Positions 55,325-64,000 of a stretch of DNA of 64,000 nt are shown one piece after another. The stretch lies in NCBI GenBank assembly GCA_046152935.1, contig JBJXGB010000103.1, forward strand, positions 3,983 through 67,982, written 5' to 3'. Within the stretch, counting starts at the first letter, position 1, and each line of letters begins with the position of its first letter. The notes below the pieces were generated by a model. It searched no databases. It was not told the origin of the DNA and saw only the letters and a list, made by a program, of their open reading frames with translations. The translations under genes and the position numbers were made by a program. The DNA comes from Cytophagales bacterium. Its GTDB lineage: Bacteria > Bacteroidota > Bacteroidia > Cytophagales > UBA9547.

Positions 55325-56089
55325 TTATGAATGTTGTACATCAAGCTGCCGTTCCAGATTATTCAATTCGTTCTGAAATTTGATTCTTACTTCTTTTGCG
55401 AATGGATTGTCGTTTTCGATCGATGTAAACAAATCCCAAGAATCGCCACCTAAGTAGTTTTTTACATCTAACAGCCTTTCGTAAGCCCTAGTTTTCATCT
55501 CAAACTCTTTCACTTGTATGCCTGAAAGAGCCCTGGCAATAAAATGCGTAAGTCCCTGAACATAAGCCATTTCCTGATCGTGCTCTTCTGGCGTTCGAAG
55601 AATTACATTTAGTTTAAGTACCTCACTGGCAAATTTTTTGATGCAATCAAGTTTTGTAGTTCGCTCCGAACAAAGCACAAAATTCAACCCTTCAATACCA
55701 TTTTTTCCACTTTGTGGCCCAAAAAGCGGGTGAGCACCCACAATTTCACAAGTTGAGGGCAAATATCTTTTCATCAACGCTAATGGCTTTAGTTTTACAG
55801 ATGCTACATCAATCACTAAAGCCTTGGGATTGAAAAAATGGCTATTTTCAATCAAGAAACTTTCAAAAAAACTGATGTTTGTGCATAAAATGATAATATC
55901 CATCTGCAAAGCCCTGTGCAATTGGCACCAATTAACATTCAACTCCCTAGCTTTTTCTTCATAATCGGTTCTATTCCAAGCATATACATCAAAATGCGAG
56001 GTAAGATGTGGGGCAATAAATTGCCCAAAAGTGCCAAAACCAATAATTGAAAGTGTTTGCATTGCAAATGTGGATAAATCAAATCTCAA
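55325..56089 (-). CDS. tyrA: prephenate/arogenate dehydrogenase
   Basis: Rossmann motif IIGFGTFGQF, plus ..DVASVK.. and ..GAHPLFGP... The likely true start is the Met at about 56062 (MQTLSIIG). Confidence 0.8.
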   Translation of the reverse strand: MRFDLSTFAMQTLSIIGFGTFGQFIAPHLTSHFDVYAWNRTDYEEKARELNVNWCQLHRALQMDIIILCTNISFFESFLIENSHFFNPKALVIDVASVKLKPLALMKRYLPSTCEIVGAHPLFGPQSGKNGIEGLNFVLCSERTTKLDCIKKFASEVLKLNVILRTPEEHDQEMAYVQGLTHFIARALSGIQVKEFEMKTRAYERLLDVKNYLGGDSWDLFTSIENDNPFAKEVRIKFQNELNNLERQLDVQHS

Positions 56090-56187
56090 GCGAATTCAAA
56101 TATCACAAATATCAAATTCAAAACATTGATTAATATTGGTTTTTGTTTCACAATCCAATTTCTAATCGACCAATAAATTTAAAAATT

Positions 56188-56439
56188 ATGGATGTTTCAG
56201 TAGATATTAGTCTGTATCCTTTAGAAAACGAGTATATCGATACCATTTGGGCCTTTATCGATCTAGTAAAAGCCAATAAAAACCTCACTGTCGTTACCAA
56301 CGGACTTAGTACACAAGTATTTGGCGAATACAAAGAAGTGATGGGAGCATTGACAGAAGATATTTTACAAATATTTGACCAACATAAAGCCGTATTTGTG
56401 TTGAAAATCGCGAAGGGAATTCATCGACTCGATCCTTAA
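56188..56439 (+). CDS. small YkoF/MTH1187-like (thiamine-binding-fold) protein
   Basis: About 83 aa from the ATG at 56188. MDVSVDISLYPL....Y...I..FI.....N..V.TNGLST.V.G resembles the YkoF/DUF77 pattern, but this is a weak recollection. Confidence 0.45.
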   Translation: MDVSVDISLYPLENEYIDTIWAFIDLVKANKNLTVVTNGLSTQVFGEYKEVMGALTEDILQIFDQHKAVFVLKIAKGIHRLDP

Positions 56440-56566
56440 AAATTAGAGAATTGTAACAATAACTTGATTTTATTTACACCTATTGCCAAGCAAAATGCTC
56501 CCAAAAACGTGCCTTATGGCCTTGCTTACGACTTTTAAGTAACCCAATTACCCATATCACGTACAA

Positions 56567-58867
56567 ATGAAAATGATGCTAAGCCTGCTACTCAAAAATG
56601 TATACCATTCGCTTCCAATTCAGCTATTTTTGCTCACTCTCAAACGAAATAGGCTGATCTTACTGCTTTGGATACTACTTTTCGCCATCATTACTGGCAA
56701 TTTTGGCAACACTTACGGCATACCCTACCTTATCCTCGATCCAGAATATATGAACACGGTAGGCTTCAGGAGCTTGTTCATATTAGGTTTTTCGTTCGGC
56801 ATTTTCATCATGGCATTCAATATAACTGTCTATATACTAGAGAGTTATAGATTCCAATTCTTAATGATGAAGGAAAACCCTTTTCCTCGATTTTGCCTAA
56901 ATAACAGCTTTCTACCATTCATTTTTATTACAGTTTTTAGCATCAATTTTTTTACATTTCAACATGAGCAAGGCAGGCAAGAATACTTAATTATTGCCCG
57001 AGAATTGGTAGGTTTTTTTGTTGGATTGATACTCACGCTTATATTCACGATGGGGTATTTCAAATTGACTGGCTACAGAATATTCAAAAATTTTACGCAA
57101 AATTTAAATAATAAGCTCAGCCATCAAAAAATTACAAGGGTAAGTGTGATGAACAAAATACGAATGGTGAAACGCAAACGTTACCACGTAGATTATTATT
57201 TGGATTTTCCATTTACCATCAATAAAGTAGAGGCTTTCCAACTGTACGATCGGGCTTTAATTACCAAAGTGATAGATCGAAACCATCTCAATGCATTATT
57301 TTTGCAGATAGCGGGTTTCGCAATCATCTTACTTTTAGGCTATTTCAGAGACAACCCTTACTTTCAAATCCCCGCAGGAGCAAGTCTTCTCATTCTGATT
57401 TCGACCATTATCATGTTCATGGGTTTTTTCAGTTTCTGGATGAAAGGTTGGACTATGTATGCCGTAGTGGCTCTGCTTTTCATCCTTAATTACGCTATTC
57501 AATGGCGCATTATTAACCCTGATTACCAAGTATTTGGGCTAAACTACAATACGAAATACGCCAAATACACGTACGAAAATATTGCAGATTTTGCCAACAA
57601 AACAAACTACGAAAATGATTTTAATGGACTGATAAATGTGCTTGAAACTTGGCGAAGGAAATTTTCAGCACAAAAAAAACCCAAAATGATTATGATTTGT
57701 ACCAGTGGCGGTGGGCAAAGAGCAGCTATTTGGGCATTAAGAAGCATGCAAGCTGCAGATAGCGTGCTTGATGGTCGGCTTATGGATCACTCCATGTGCA
57801 TCACGGGTGCCTCGGGAGGTCAGGTGGGGGCTTCGTATTTTCGAGAGCTGTATTTACGTAAAACACAAGGAGAAAAACTAAATATTAATGACAGAAAATA
57901 CATTGAAAATATGGCAAAAGACATTCTCAATCCTGTGGTTTTCAGTTTGGTTGTCAATGATATTTTTGTGCGTTTTGAAACTTTCAATGATGGAAAATAC
58001 AATTATGTAAAAGACCGTGGCTATGCCTTTGAAAAGCAATTGAATGTGAATACAGAGGGTATTTTAAATAAGAAAGTAATTGACTATCAACCATTTGAGG
58101 CAAATTCGACCATCCCACTTATGTTGCTGACACCAACCATTGTAAATGATGGACGTAAATTATATGTATCACCTCTGCCCATTTCATTTATGAATGCAGC
58201 GGAAATACAAAACACCAATTTATTAGAATCAAAAGTAAATGGCATCGAATTTATGCGTTTCTTTAAAGAGCAAGATGCCGCAAACTTGGGTTTTTTAAGT
58301 GCCTTGCGAATGAGCGCTACCTTTCCATACATTACTCCAAATGTAAATTTGCCGAGTTCGCCAGCGATGGAAATAATGGATGCAGGCCTTACCGACAACT
58401 TTGGCGTGATAGATGCGGTACGATTTACCTATATTTTTAGGGATTGGATCAAGAAAAATACTTCTGGAGTGGTATTTTTGTGTATCAGAGATTCGCCCAA
58501 GTTAATTCCAATTGCCAAGAAAAAATCAAACAGTCTTTTTGACAAAATTTTCAACCCTGTTGGCAGCTTATATGCCAATTGGGATTGGATTCAGGACCAC
58601 AACGATGAATATTTTTTAGAATATGCCAATGCCTTTTTAGACAATAAAATGGAAGTGCTGGAGCTGCAATACAGTCCAATGCCAAAAGGCTATGCCGATG
58701 GAAAAGTTTCGCAGAAAGAAGTGGAAGAATACATTGTAAAAACTTGGTTTCAAAGGGCTGCTTTAAATTGGCATTTGACTAAAAAAGAAAAAGAAAGCTT
58801 GATTGAAACTATTTTTACACCCCAAAATAGAGCAGTTCTAGAAAAGTTAAAAGCTAGTATGGAATAA
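56567..58867 (+). CDS. patatin-like phospholipase with a large N-terminal polytopic membrane domain
   Basis: The first roughly 330 aa contain multiple hydrophobic helices. Patatin motifs follow: the oxyanion TSGGGQRAA, the nucleophile elbow GASGG (GxSxG), and the catalytic Asp context MDAGLTDNFG. Confidence 0.8.
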   Translation: MKMMLSLLLKNVYHSLPIQLFLLTLKRNRLILLLWILLFAIITGNFGNTYGIPYLILDPEYMNTVGFRSLFILGFSFGIFIMAFNITVYILESYRFQFLMMKENPFPRFCLNNSFLPFIFITVFSINFFTFQHEQGRQEYLIIARELVGFFVGLILTLIFTMGYFKLTGYRIFKNFTQNLNNKLSHQKITRVSVMNKIRMVKRKRYHVDYYLDFPFTINKVEAFQLYDRALITKVIDRNHLNALFLQIAGFAIILLLGYFRDNPYFQIPAGASLLILISTIIMFMGFFSFWMKGWTMYAVVALLFILNYAIQWRIINPDYQVFGLNYNTKYAKYTYENIADFANKTNYENDFNGLINVLETWRRKFSAQKKPKMIMICTSGGGQRAAIWALRSMQAADSVLDGRLMDHSMCITGASGGQVGASYFRELYLRKTQGEKLNINDRKYIENMAKDILNPVVFSLVVNDIFVRFETFNDGKYNYVKDRGYAFEKQLNVNTEGILNKKVIDYQPFEANSTIPLMLLTPTIVNDGRKLYVSPLPISFMNAAEIQNTNLLESKVNGIEFMRFFKEQDAANLGFLSALRMSATFPYITPNVNLPSSPAMEIMDAGLTDNFGVIDAVRFTYIFRDWIKKNTSGVVFLCIRDSPKLIPIAKKKSNSLFDKIFNPVGSLYANWDWIQDHNDEYFLEYANAFLDNKMEVLELQYSPMPKGYADGKVSQKEVEEYIVKTWFQRAALNWHLTKKEKESLIETIFTPQNRAVLEKLKASME

Positions 58868-58894
58868 AACTGCCCTTGCAAAAATATTACCTTA

Positions 58895-60109
58895 CTATTT
58901 CCCTACTTTACAGCTCAACATGGTGATATCATCGATTGGAATATTACTGATTCGCAATGCAGAAATAATATTGTGGTGCAATTTTGTATTGTCGGTACTT
59001 TCCAAAATCAATGCCTCCACCAAAGCCAAACCAATATCGGTGTTGTTCATGTCAAATGTTTCGGTGAGCCCATCTGTATAAGCAAATAAAAAAGTATCTT
59101 TTATTTCAAAAATAGTTCCTAGCTTAATATCGGGCAGGTCTTCAAATGCCCCTAGTATCAAAGTGCCCTCATTTAGATAATGTTTTTCTCCGTTTCTTCT
59201 AAATAAAATCGGTTCGTTGTGACCACAATTTATATAGTTCATCACGTTGGTTTTCAAATTGTACCTCGCGATAAAAAAAGTGATAAATTTTTCGCCTTTC
59301 GCATTGTGAAACACCAACTCATTGAGTTCTGTCACTATTTTTTCCAAAGAAATAGCCTGTTTTACTAATATTCTCAATGCAGATTGCAAATTTGAAACTA
59401 AAAAAGCGGCAGGAACCCCTTTGCCAGACACATCGGCTATACATATTACGAACTCGTCTGCATTGAGCTTAATATAATCGTAGTAATCGCCACCTACCAT
59501 CAATTGTGGCAAATAAGAAGCAAATATTTGTAGCTCTGGGTTGTTTGGAAGCACAGAAGGGAATAATTGCGATTGCAATTTCTGAGCCAGCTCAATTTCG
59601 CGCTTGATGGCTTGTTGATCCAGTCGCCTAGTGTTCAATCTTATATTTTGAATGGCAACGGTAATAATATTGGCAATGGTTTGGATAAATTTTAAGCTTT
59701 CTTCTCTTTCATTTTTAGAAATGCTAGAAGCGCCACCCATTATTGCCATTGCCACATTTCTGTTTTTTCTTCCAACTGGAATTACTATTTCAAAAATTTC
59801 ATTGAGGGGGGCAGGAAATTCATTCTTATCATTAACAATCGCATATTTCCTGCCTAGTTCTCCTAAGATGTCAGCAGGAATGGAAAAATCCTTGTCTAAA
59901 CCATGTTTCAAAACCATGTTCCAGCCACTCAATTCTCTTGAATATATAGCCAAATGACTAATTTTAAAATTGGCAACAACCGCAAATAAAAAAATTTTGA
60001 GCAAAGATTGCTCATCTTGTTCTGTGTTGATGGCATTGGTAATATCCAGCAAGGTGTCAAGTTCAAGATGTTTGAGGGAAGTAAATTTTGCTTTTTTTAT
60101 GCTTGCCAA
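58895..60109 (-). CDS. GAF-domain PP2C/SpoIIE-family serine phosphatase
   Basis: The C-terminal half carries SpoIIE motifs: GGDYYDY, DVSGKGVPAA, and YTDGLTE. The N-terminal region of about 170 aa is GAF-like. Confidence 0.85.
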   Translation of the reverse strand: MASIKKAKFTSLKHLELDTLLDITNAINTEQDEQSLLKIFLFAVVANFKISHLAIYSRELSGWNMVLKHGLDKDFSIPADILGELGRKYAIVNDKNEFPAPLNEIFEIVIPVGRKNRNVAMAIMGGASSISKNEREESLKFIQTIANIITVAIQNIRLNTRRLDQQAIKREIELAQKLQSQLFPSVLPNNPELQIFASYLPQLMVGGDYYDYIKLNADEFVICIADVSGKGVPAAFLVSNLQSALRILVKQAISLEKIVTELNELVFHNAKGEKFITFFIARYNLKTNVMNYINCGHNEPILFRRNGEKHYLNEGTLILGAFEDLPDIKLGTIFEIKDTFLFAYTDGLTETFDMNNTDIGLALVEALILESTDNTKLHHNIISALRISNIPIDDITMLSCKVGK

Positions 60110-60430
60110 TGTTTAAAAGTTTTCAAGAGGAGGAATGTGGTGAAAAAAGACTATTAAATCATAGTAATGTACAAAATTAAATAAAAATAGAAAAGTAATT
60201 GACAAAACACAACAGGTGGGTTGAAAATTTAGATGAAGATCGCGATATATTAGATCAATGGCTGCTCAATTGTTCATTCGATTGATCGAAAAGTGAACTC
60301 CCAATACTATTTTGGTATTCTTTGGTTTTGGTAGAGATAATGGTATGGATTGGAAATGCTCTTGCTAATGGGACATAATGTACCAAAAAGGCGATCTAAA
60401 GGGCGATTTATTCAATTCTGATTTCCAACA

Positions 60431-60457
60431 AAAAAGGCTGCCATAAGGCAGCCTTTT
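60431..60457 (-). terminator. rho-independent terminator of the sdh operon
   Basis: AAGGCTGCC (60434-60442) pairs with GGCAGCCTT (60447-60455). On the minus strand it is followed by TTTTTTG. It lies 26 bp past the sdhB stop. Confidence 0.75.
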
Positions 60458-60482
60458 GATATTATATTTCGAGAAACATAGT

Positions 60483-61250
60483 TTATGCCTCTTCACCCAA
60501 AAACTGAGCTGAAGCATAGTCTCTGTTCATTCTAGCAATATTTGTTACAGAAATTTCTTTTGGACATTCGGCTTCGCAAGCATACGTGTTTGTACAATTT
60601 CCAAAACCTTCTTTATCCATTTGTGCTACCATCGCTTTCACACGTTTGTATCTTTCCGCTTGACCCTGTGGCAATAAAGCATATTGCGACACTTTTGCAG
60701 ATACAAATAGCATTGCAGAAGCATTTTTACAAGCTGCTACGCATGCTCCGCAACCTATGCAAGCTGCCGACATAAAAGCCTCATCTGCATTTTGCTTTGG
60801 TATGGGTATCGAATTGGCATCGGGGGCTGAACCTGTGTTGACAGATACAAAACCACCAGCTTGTTGAATTCTATCAAAGGCTTTGCGATCGGTAATCAAA
60901 TCTTTCAATACTGGAAATGCACCAGCTCTCCAAGGCTCTATTGTAATTGTATCGCCATCTTTGAAAGTCCGCATGTGCAATTGGCAAGTAGTCACAGCCT
61001 TCTGCGGACCATGAGGACGACCATTTATCACTAAAGAGCAACTTCCACAAATCCCTTCTCTGCAATCGTGGTCGAAAGCGATTGGGTCTTGGTTGGTTTT
61101 TAGCAATTGCTCATTTAGCACATCCATCATTTCAAGAAAAGACATGTCTTCGATAATATTATCAATTACGTATTTATCGAAATGGCCTTTGTCTGCCTTA
61201 TTTTTCTGTCTCCAAACTTTGAGATTGAGTTTCATTTTATGTTCTGACAT
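60483..61250 (-). CDS. sdhB: succinate dehydrogenase/fumarate reductase iron-sulfur subunit
   Basis: Three Cys clusters are present: [21 protein letters not shown], and C.N.YAC...CP. Confidence 0.95.
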   Translation of the reverse strand: MSEHKMKLNLKVWRQKNKADKGHFDKYVIDNIIEDMSFLEMMDVLNEQLLKTNQDPIAFDHDCREGICGSCSLVINGRPHGPQKAVTTCQLHMRTFKDGDTITIEPWRAGAFPVLKDLITDRKAFDRIQQAGGFVSVNTGSAPDANSIPIPKQNADEAFMSAACIGCGACVAACKNASAMLFVSAKVSQYALLPQGQAERYKRVKAMVAQMDKEGFGNCTNTYACEAECPKEISVTNIARMNRDYASAQFLGEEA

Positions 61251-61287
61251 CGCTTTTTGATTTTTATTTTAGGAAAAGAGCAAACGA

Positions 61288-61336
61288 AAAGAACATAGAT
61301 CAAAGAAAAGTTTTTTTTCTTTGATCTATGCTCTTT
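61288..61336 (-). other. long intercistronic hairpin between sdhA and sdhB
   Basis: 61294-61305 pairs perfectly with 61319-61330. After one mismatch the stem extends outward to 61288/61336, and A/T pairs extend it inward. Confidence 0.5.
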
Positions 61337-61339
61337 ATT

Positions 61340-63319
61340 CTATTTGTAGCTTCTTTGTGATGGTTTTACAAATTCGTAATTCAAGTCTTCTTTATTGAGT
61401 GTTTGTTTGCCACTTTCGCCATTCCATTCCCAACCCGATACATACATATAGTTGTCATCGTCACGCAAAGCCTCACCTTCTGGTGTTTGGTATTCTTCAC
61501 GAAAGTGACCACCGCAAGATTCTTTTCTGTCCAGTGCATCTACCATCATCAATTCGCCCAATTCCAAGAAATCGGCCAAACGACCTGCCTTTTCAAGCGT
61601 TTGGTTCAATTCATCGCCAGTACCTGATACTTTTATATTGCTCCAAAATTCATCTCTTAATCCTCTTATTTTGCTTATTCCCTCGATCAATCCCTTCTCG
61701 TTGCGTGCCATGCCGCAATTATCCCACATTATCAAACCAAGTTCTCTTTGCAATTCGTGAACAGTAGCTTTTCCGTTTATCGATAGCAATTTGTTGATGC
61801 CTTCTTTCACTTCTTTGATGGCAAAATCAAATTCCGGTGCATCTGTAGAAATAGGCTTGCGTTCTACACCAGCCAAGTAATCACCAAGTGTGTATGGGAT
61901 TACGAAATAACCATCTGCCAAGCCTTGCATCAAAGCACTAGCACCTAATCTATTAGCTCCATGATCTGAAAAATTTGCCTCACCCATTGCATAAAGCCCT
62001 GGTATTGATGTACTTAAATTATAATCAACCCACAATCCACCCATTGTATAATGCACGGCCGGATATATTCTCATCGGATCTACGTATGGATTTTCGCCTG
62101 TAATCTGGGTGTACATATCAAATAAATTGCCATATTTGTTGGCTACCACTTTCGTTCCCAAATCTTTGATGGTAGCTGCATCGGCATTTACCAAGCCTTT
62201 CTTAGTGGCTTCTGTTTTTCCATATCTTTCAATAGCATCTGCATAATCCAAATATACTGCCAATTTAGAGGCACCAACACCATATCCAGCATCGCATCTT
62301 TCTTTAGCAGCTCTTGAGGCTATATCTCTAGGTACCAAATTTCCAAACGCAGGATAGCGTCTTTCTAAATAGTAATCTCTTTCTTCTTCTGGTATTTCAT
62401 TTGGTTTGCGGGTATCGCCTTGCGCTTTCGGAGCCCATATTCTACCATCATTTCTCAAAGATTCCGACATCAATGTCAGCTTCGACTGGTGATCGCCCGA
62501 AACTGGTATGCAAGTCGGGTGTATTTGTGTGTAGCAAGGATTTGCAAAAGCCGCACCTTTTTTATGTGCTCTCCAAATAGCCGAAGTATTTGAGCCACGA
62601 GCATAGGTAGTAAGATAAAATACGTTTCCGTACCCACCTGTACACAATAAAACAGCATGGGCTGCATGTTTGGTGATTTCGCCTGTCACTAAATCTCTGG
62701 CAATTACGCCTCGTGCATGGCCATCGATCTTAACAATATCTAAAACTTCGTGTCTTGAATATGAAGTGATTCCACCATTGTTAATCATCTTATTCATTGC
62801 ACTGTAGGCACCAAGCAAAAGTTGCTGTCCAGTCTGACCTTTGGCATAAAATGTACGGGAAACTTGTGCGCCACCAAACGAACGATTGTCGAGCAAACCG
62901 CCATATTCACGTGCAAAAGGCACCCCTTGTGCTACGCATTGATCGATAATATTTACAGAAACTTCCGCCAAACGATGCACATTGGCTTCTCTTGCACGGT
63001 AATCGCCTCCTTTGATGGTATCGTAAAATAAACGATGCACGCTGTCGCCATCGTTTCTGTAGTTTTTGGCTGCATTTATTCCGCCTTGTGCGGCAATGCT
63101 GTGGGCTCTTCTAGGGCTGTCTTGGAAACAAAATGTTTTTACATTGTAGCCTAATTCTGCCAGAGAAGCGGCTGCCGATGCACCTGCCAAACCAGTACCA
63201 ACCACAATTACATCGTATTTTCTTTTATTTGATGGATTTACCAGTTTCAAACTAAACTTGTGGTTCGACCATTTGTCTGCTAATGTACCAGCAGGGGTCT
63301 TAGAATTTAATGTTGCCAT
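61340..63319 (-). CDS. sdhA: succinate dehydrogenase/fumarate reductase flavoprotein subunit
   Basis: 659 aa. The FAD motif is [15 protein letters not shown] and the covalent-FAD His context is [13 protein letters not shown]. It also has ..HYTMGG.. and ..GANRLGA... Confidence 0.95.
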   Translation of the reverse strand: MATLNSKTPAGTLADKWSNHKFSLKLVNPSNKRKYDVIVVGTGLAGASAAASLAELGYNVKTFCFQDSPRRAHSIAAQGGINAAKNYRNDGDSVHRLFYDTIKGGDYRAREANVHRLAEVSVNIIDQCVAQGVPFAREYGGLLDNRSFGGAQVSRTFYAKGQTGQQLLLGAYSAMNKMINNGGITSYSRHEVLDIVKIDGHARGVIARDLVTGEITKHAAHAVLLCTGGYGNVFYLTTYARGSNTSAIWRAHKKGAAFANPCYTQIHPTCIPVSGDHQSKLTLMSESLRNDGRIWAPKAQGDTRKPNEIPEEERDYYLERRYPAFGNLVPRDIASRAAKERCDAGYGVGASKLAVYLDYADAIERYGKTEATKKGLVNADAATIKDLGTKVVANKYGNLFDMYTQITGENPYVDPMRIYPAVHYTMGGLWVDYNLSTSIPGLYAMGEANFSDHGANRLGASALMQGLADGYFVIPYTLGDYLAGVERKPISTDAPEFDFAIKEVKEGINKLLSINGKATVHELQRELGLIMWDNCGMARNEKGLIEGISKIRGLRDEFWSNIKVSGTGDELNQTLEKAGRLADFLELGELMMVDALDRKESCGGHFREEYQTPEGEALRDDDNYMYVSGWEWNGESGKQTLNKEDLNYEFVKPSQRSYK

Positions 63320-63413
63320 GTATGAGACTTGTGTTTTGAAGAACAGTGATATTAGCCTAAAGACTTAAGAATTAAATATTTAGACTATTTTAATGCTTGA
63401 ATTTTATGAATGA

Positions 63414-64000
63414 TTATTGTATTAACTTAAAATAAAACGCCAAAGGCATTGCTGCAAATACTACTGGAAACACAACAGCGAATATTATACCTGTGGTTTT
63501 GATAATTGGGGAATATTTTTTGTGTGTCCAGCCCATTGTTTGAAAGCCAGATTGGAAGCCGTGCAACAAATGATAACCCAAAGAAAATTGAGCCAAAACG
63601 TAGATGGCTACAATCCAAGGATTTTCAAAAACCTCTTTCATTTCATCAAAAAGTGTTTCTTCGCCACTTGTGATGTGGTCGGTAAAGCGACTTACGACCC
63701 AAAAATGCCTTAAATGGATAATGAGAAAAGTAAGCAACAAAATACCCAGTATCGCCATCGATCTTGAATACCATTTGCTATTGGCGTTGCCGTTGAAATT
63801 GTCGTAAGCAACAGGTCTGGCGCTTGCGTTTTGCTTTTGAAGCAATAAACTTTGCACAATATGTGCCAATAAACCAGCCATGAGCACAACTTCCATTGTT
63901 CTGATCAATGGATTTGTACCCATAAATTCTGCCCCAGCATTGAATAATTCGCCTCCATCATTGAAGAAAATCAATGAATTGATAGCACAATGTACCAATA
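63414..64000 (-). CDS. sdhC: succinate dehydrogenase cytochrome b subunit (b558 family), 5' end outside the window
   Basis: The hydrophobic multi-helix ORF runs off the right edge, lies immediately upstream of sdhA on the same strand, and has conserved His-containing helices (..LLAHIVQS.., ..GYHLLHGF..). Confidence 0.8.
   Translation of the reverse strand, partial: LVHCAINSLIFFNDGGELFNAGAEFMGTNPLIRTMEVVLMAGLLAHIVQSLLLQKQNASARPVAYDNFNGNANSKWYSRSMAILGILLLTFLIIHLRHFWVVSRFTDHITSGEETLFDEMKEVFENPWIVAIYVLAQFSLGYHLLHGFQSGFQTMGWTHKKYSPIIKTTGIIFAVVFPVVFAAMPLAFYFKLIQ

Noticed and set aside
60110-60482. 373-bp gene-free gap upstream of the PP2C phosphatase gene and downstream of the sdh operon, checked for a small gene or ncRNA
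   Set aside because: I found only the sdh terminator and a few short palindromes such as TCGATTGATCGA. There is no ORF of meaningful length and no RNA family I recognise.

Overview
This is an AT-rich chromosomal segment whose gene content points to a Bacteroidota genome. The markers are a T9SS-type C-terminal sorting domain, a CarboxypepD_reg/DUF5686 protein, a b558-type sdhCAB operon, 7TMR-DISM and LytS/LytTR sensors, and many TTG/GTG starts. I support about 47 protein-coding genes. Most are housekeeping: the sucD 3' end, pyrC, thrS, pgi, an M17 aminopeptidase, a membrane pyrophosphatase, ligA, nadC, pdhB, metY, ppa and sdhCAB. I recognised no rRNA, tRNA, CRISPR array, transposase or integrase. 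Most extra ORFs in the six-frame track are antisense shadows of real genes. Five parts deserve a second look. (1) A roughly 3.3 kb cassette at 10.0-13.3 kb carries a small HTH-like gene translationally coupled to a C5 DNA methyltransferase, plus a convergent, 3'-overlapping PD-(D/E)XK restriction endonuclease. Its right side is bounded by 5.3 copies of a 41-bp tandem repeat that abuts the 5' stump of a glucosamine-6-phosphate deaminase gene (nagB). (2) Six copies of the 11-mer TATTCTCCGCA lie in the divergent region between a class-II-type Fic gene and a large peptidase gene. (3) That peptidase is an M1 gluzincin fused to a C-terminal region with Omp85-like barrel motifs. (4) A sensor kinase is split by a single in-frame TAA. 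(5) A 1481-aa soluble nine-PAS LytS-type kinase is paired with a LytTR regulator. All family assignments come from reading motifs by eye; no database search was run.
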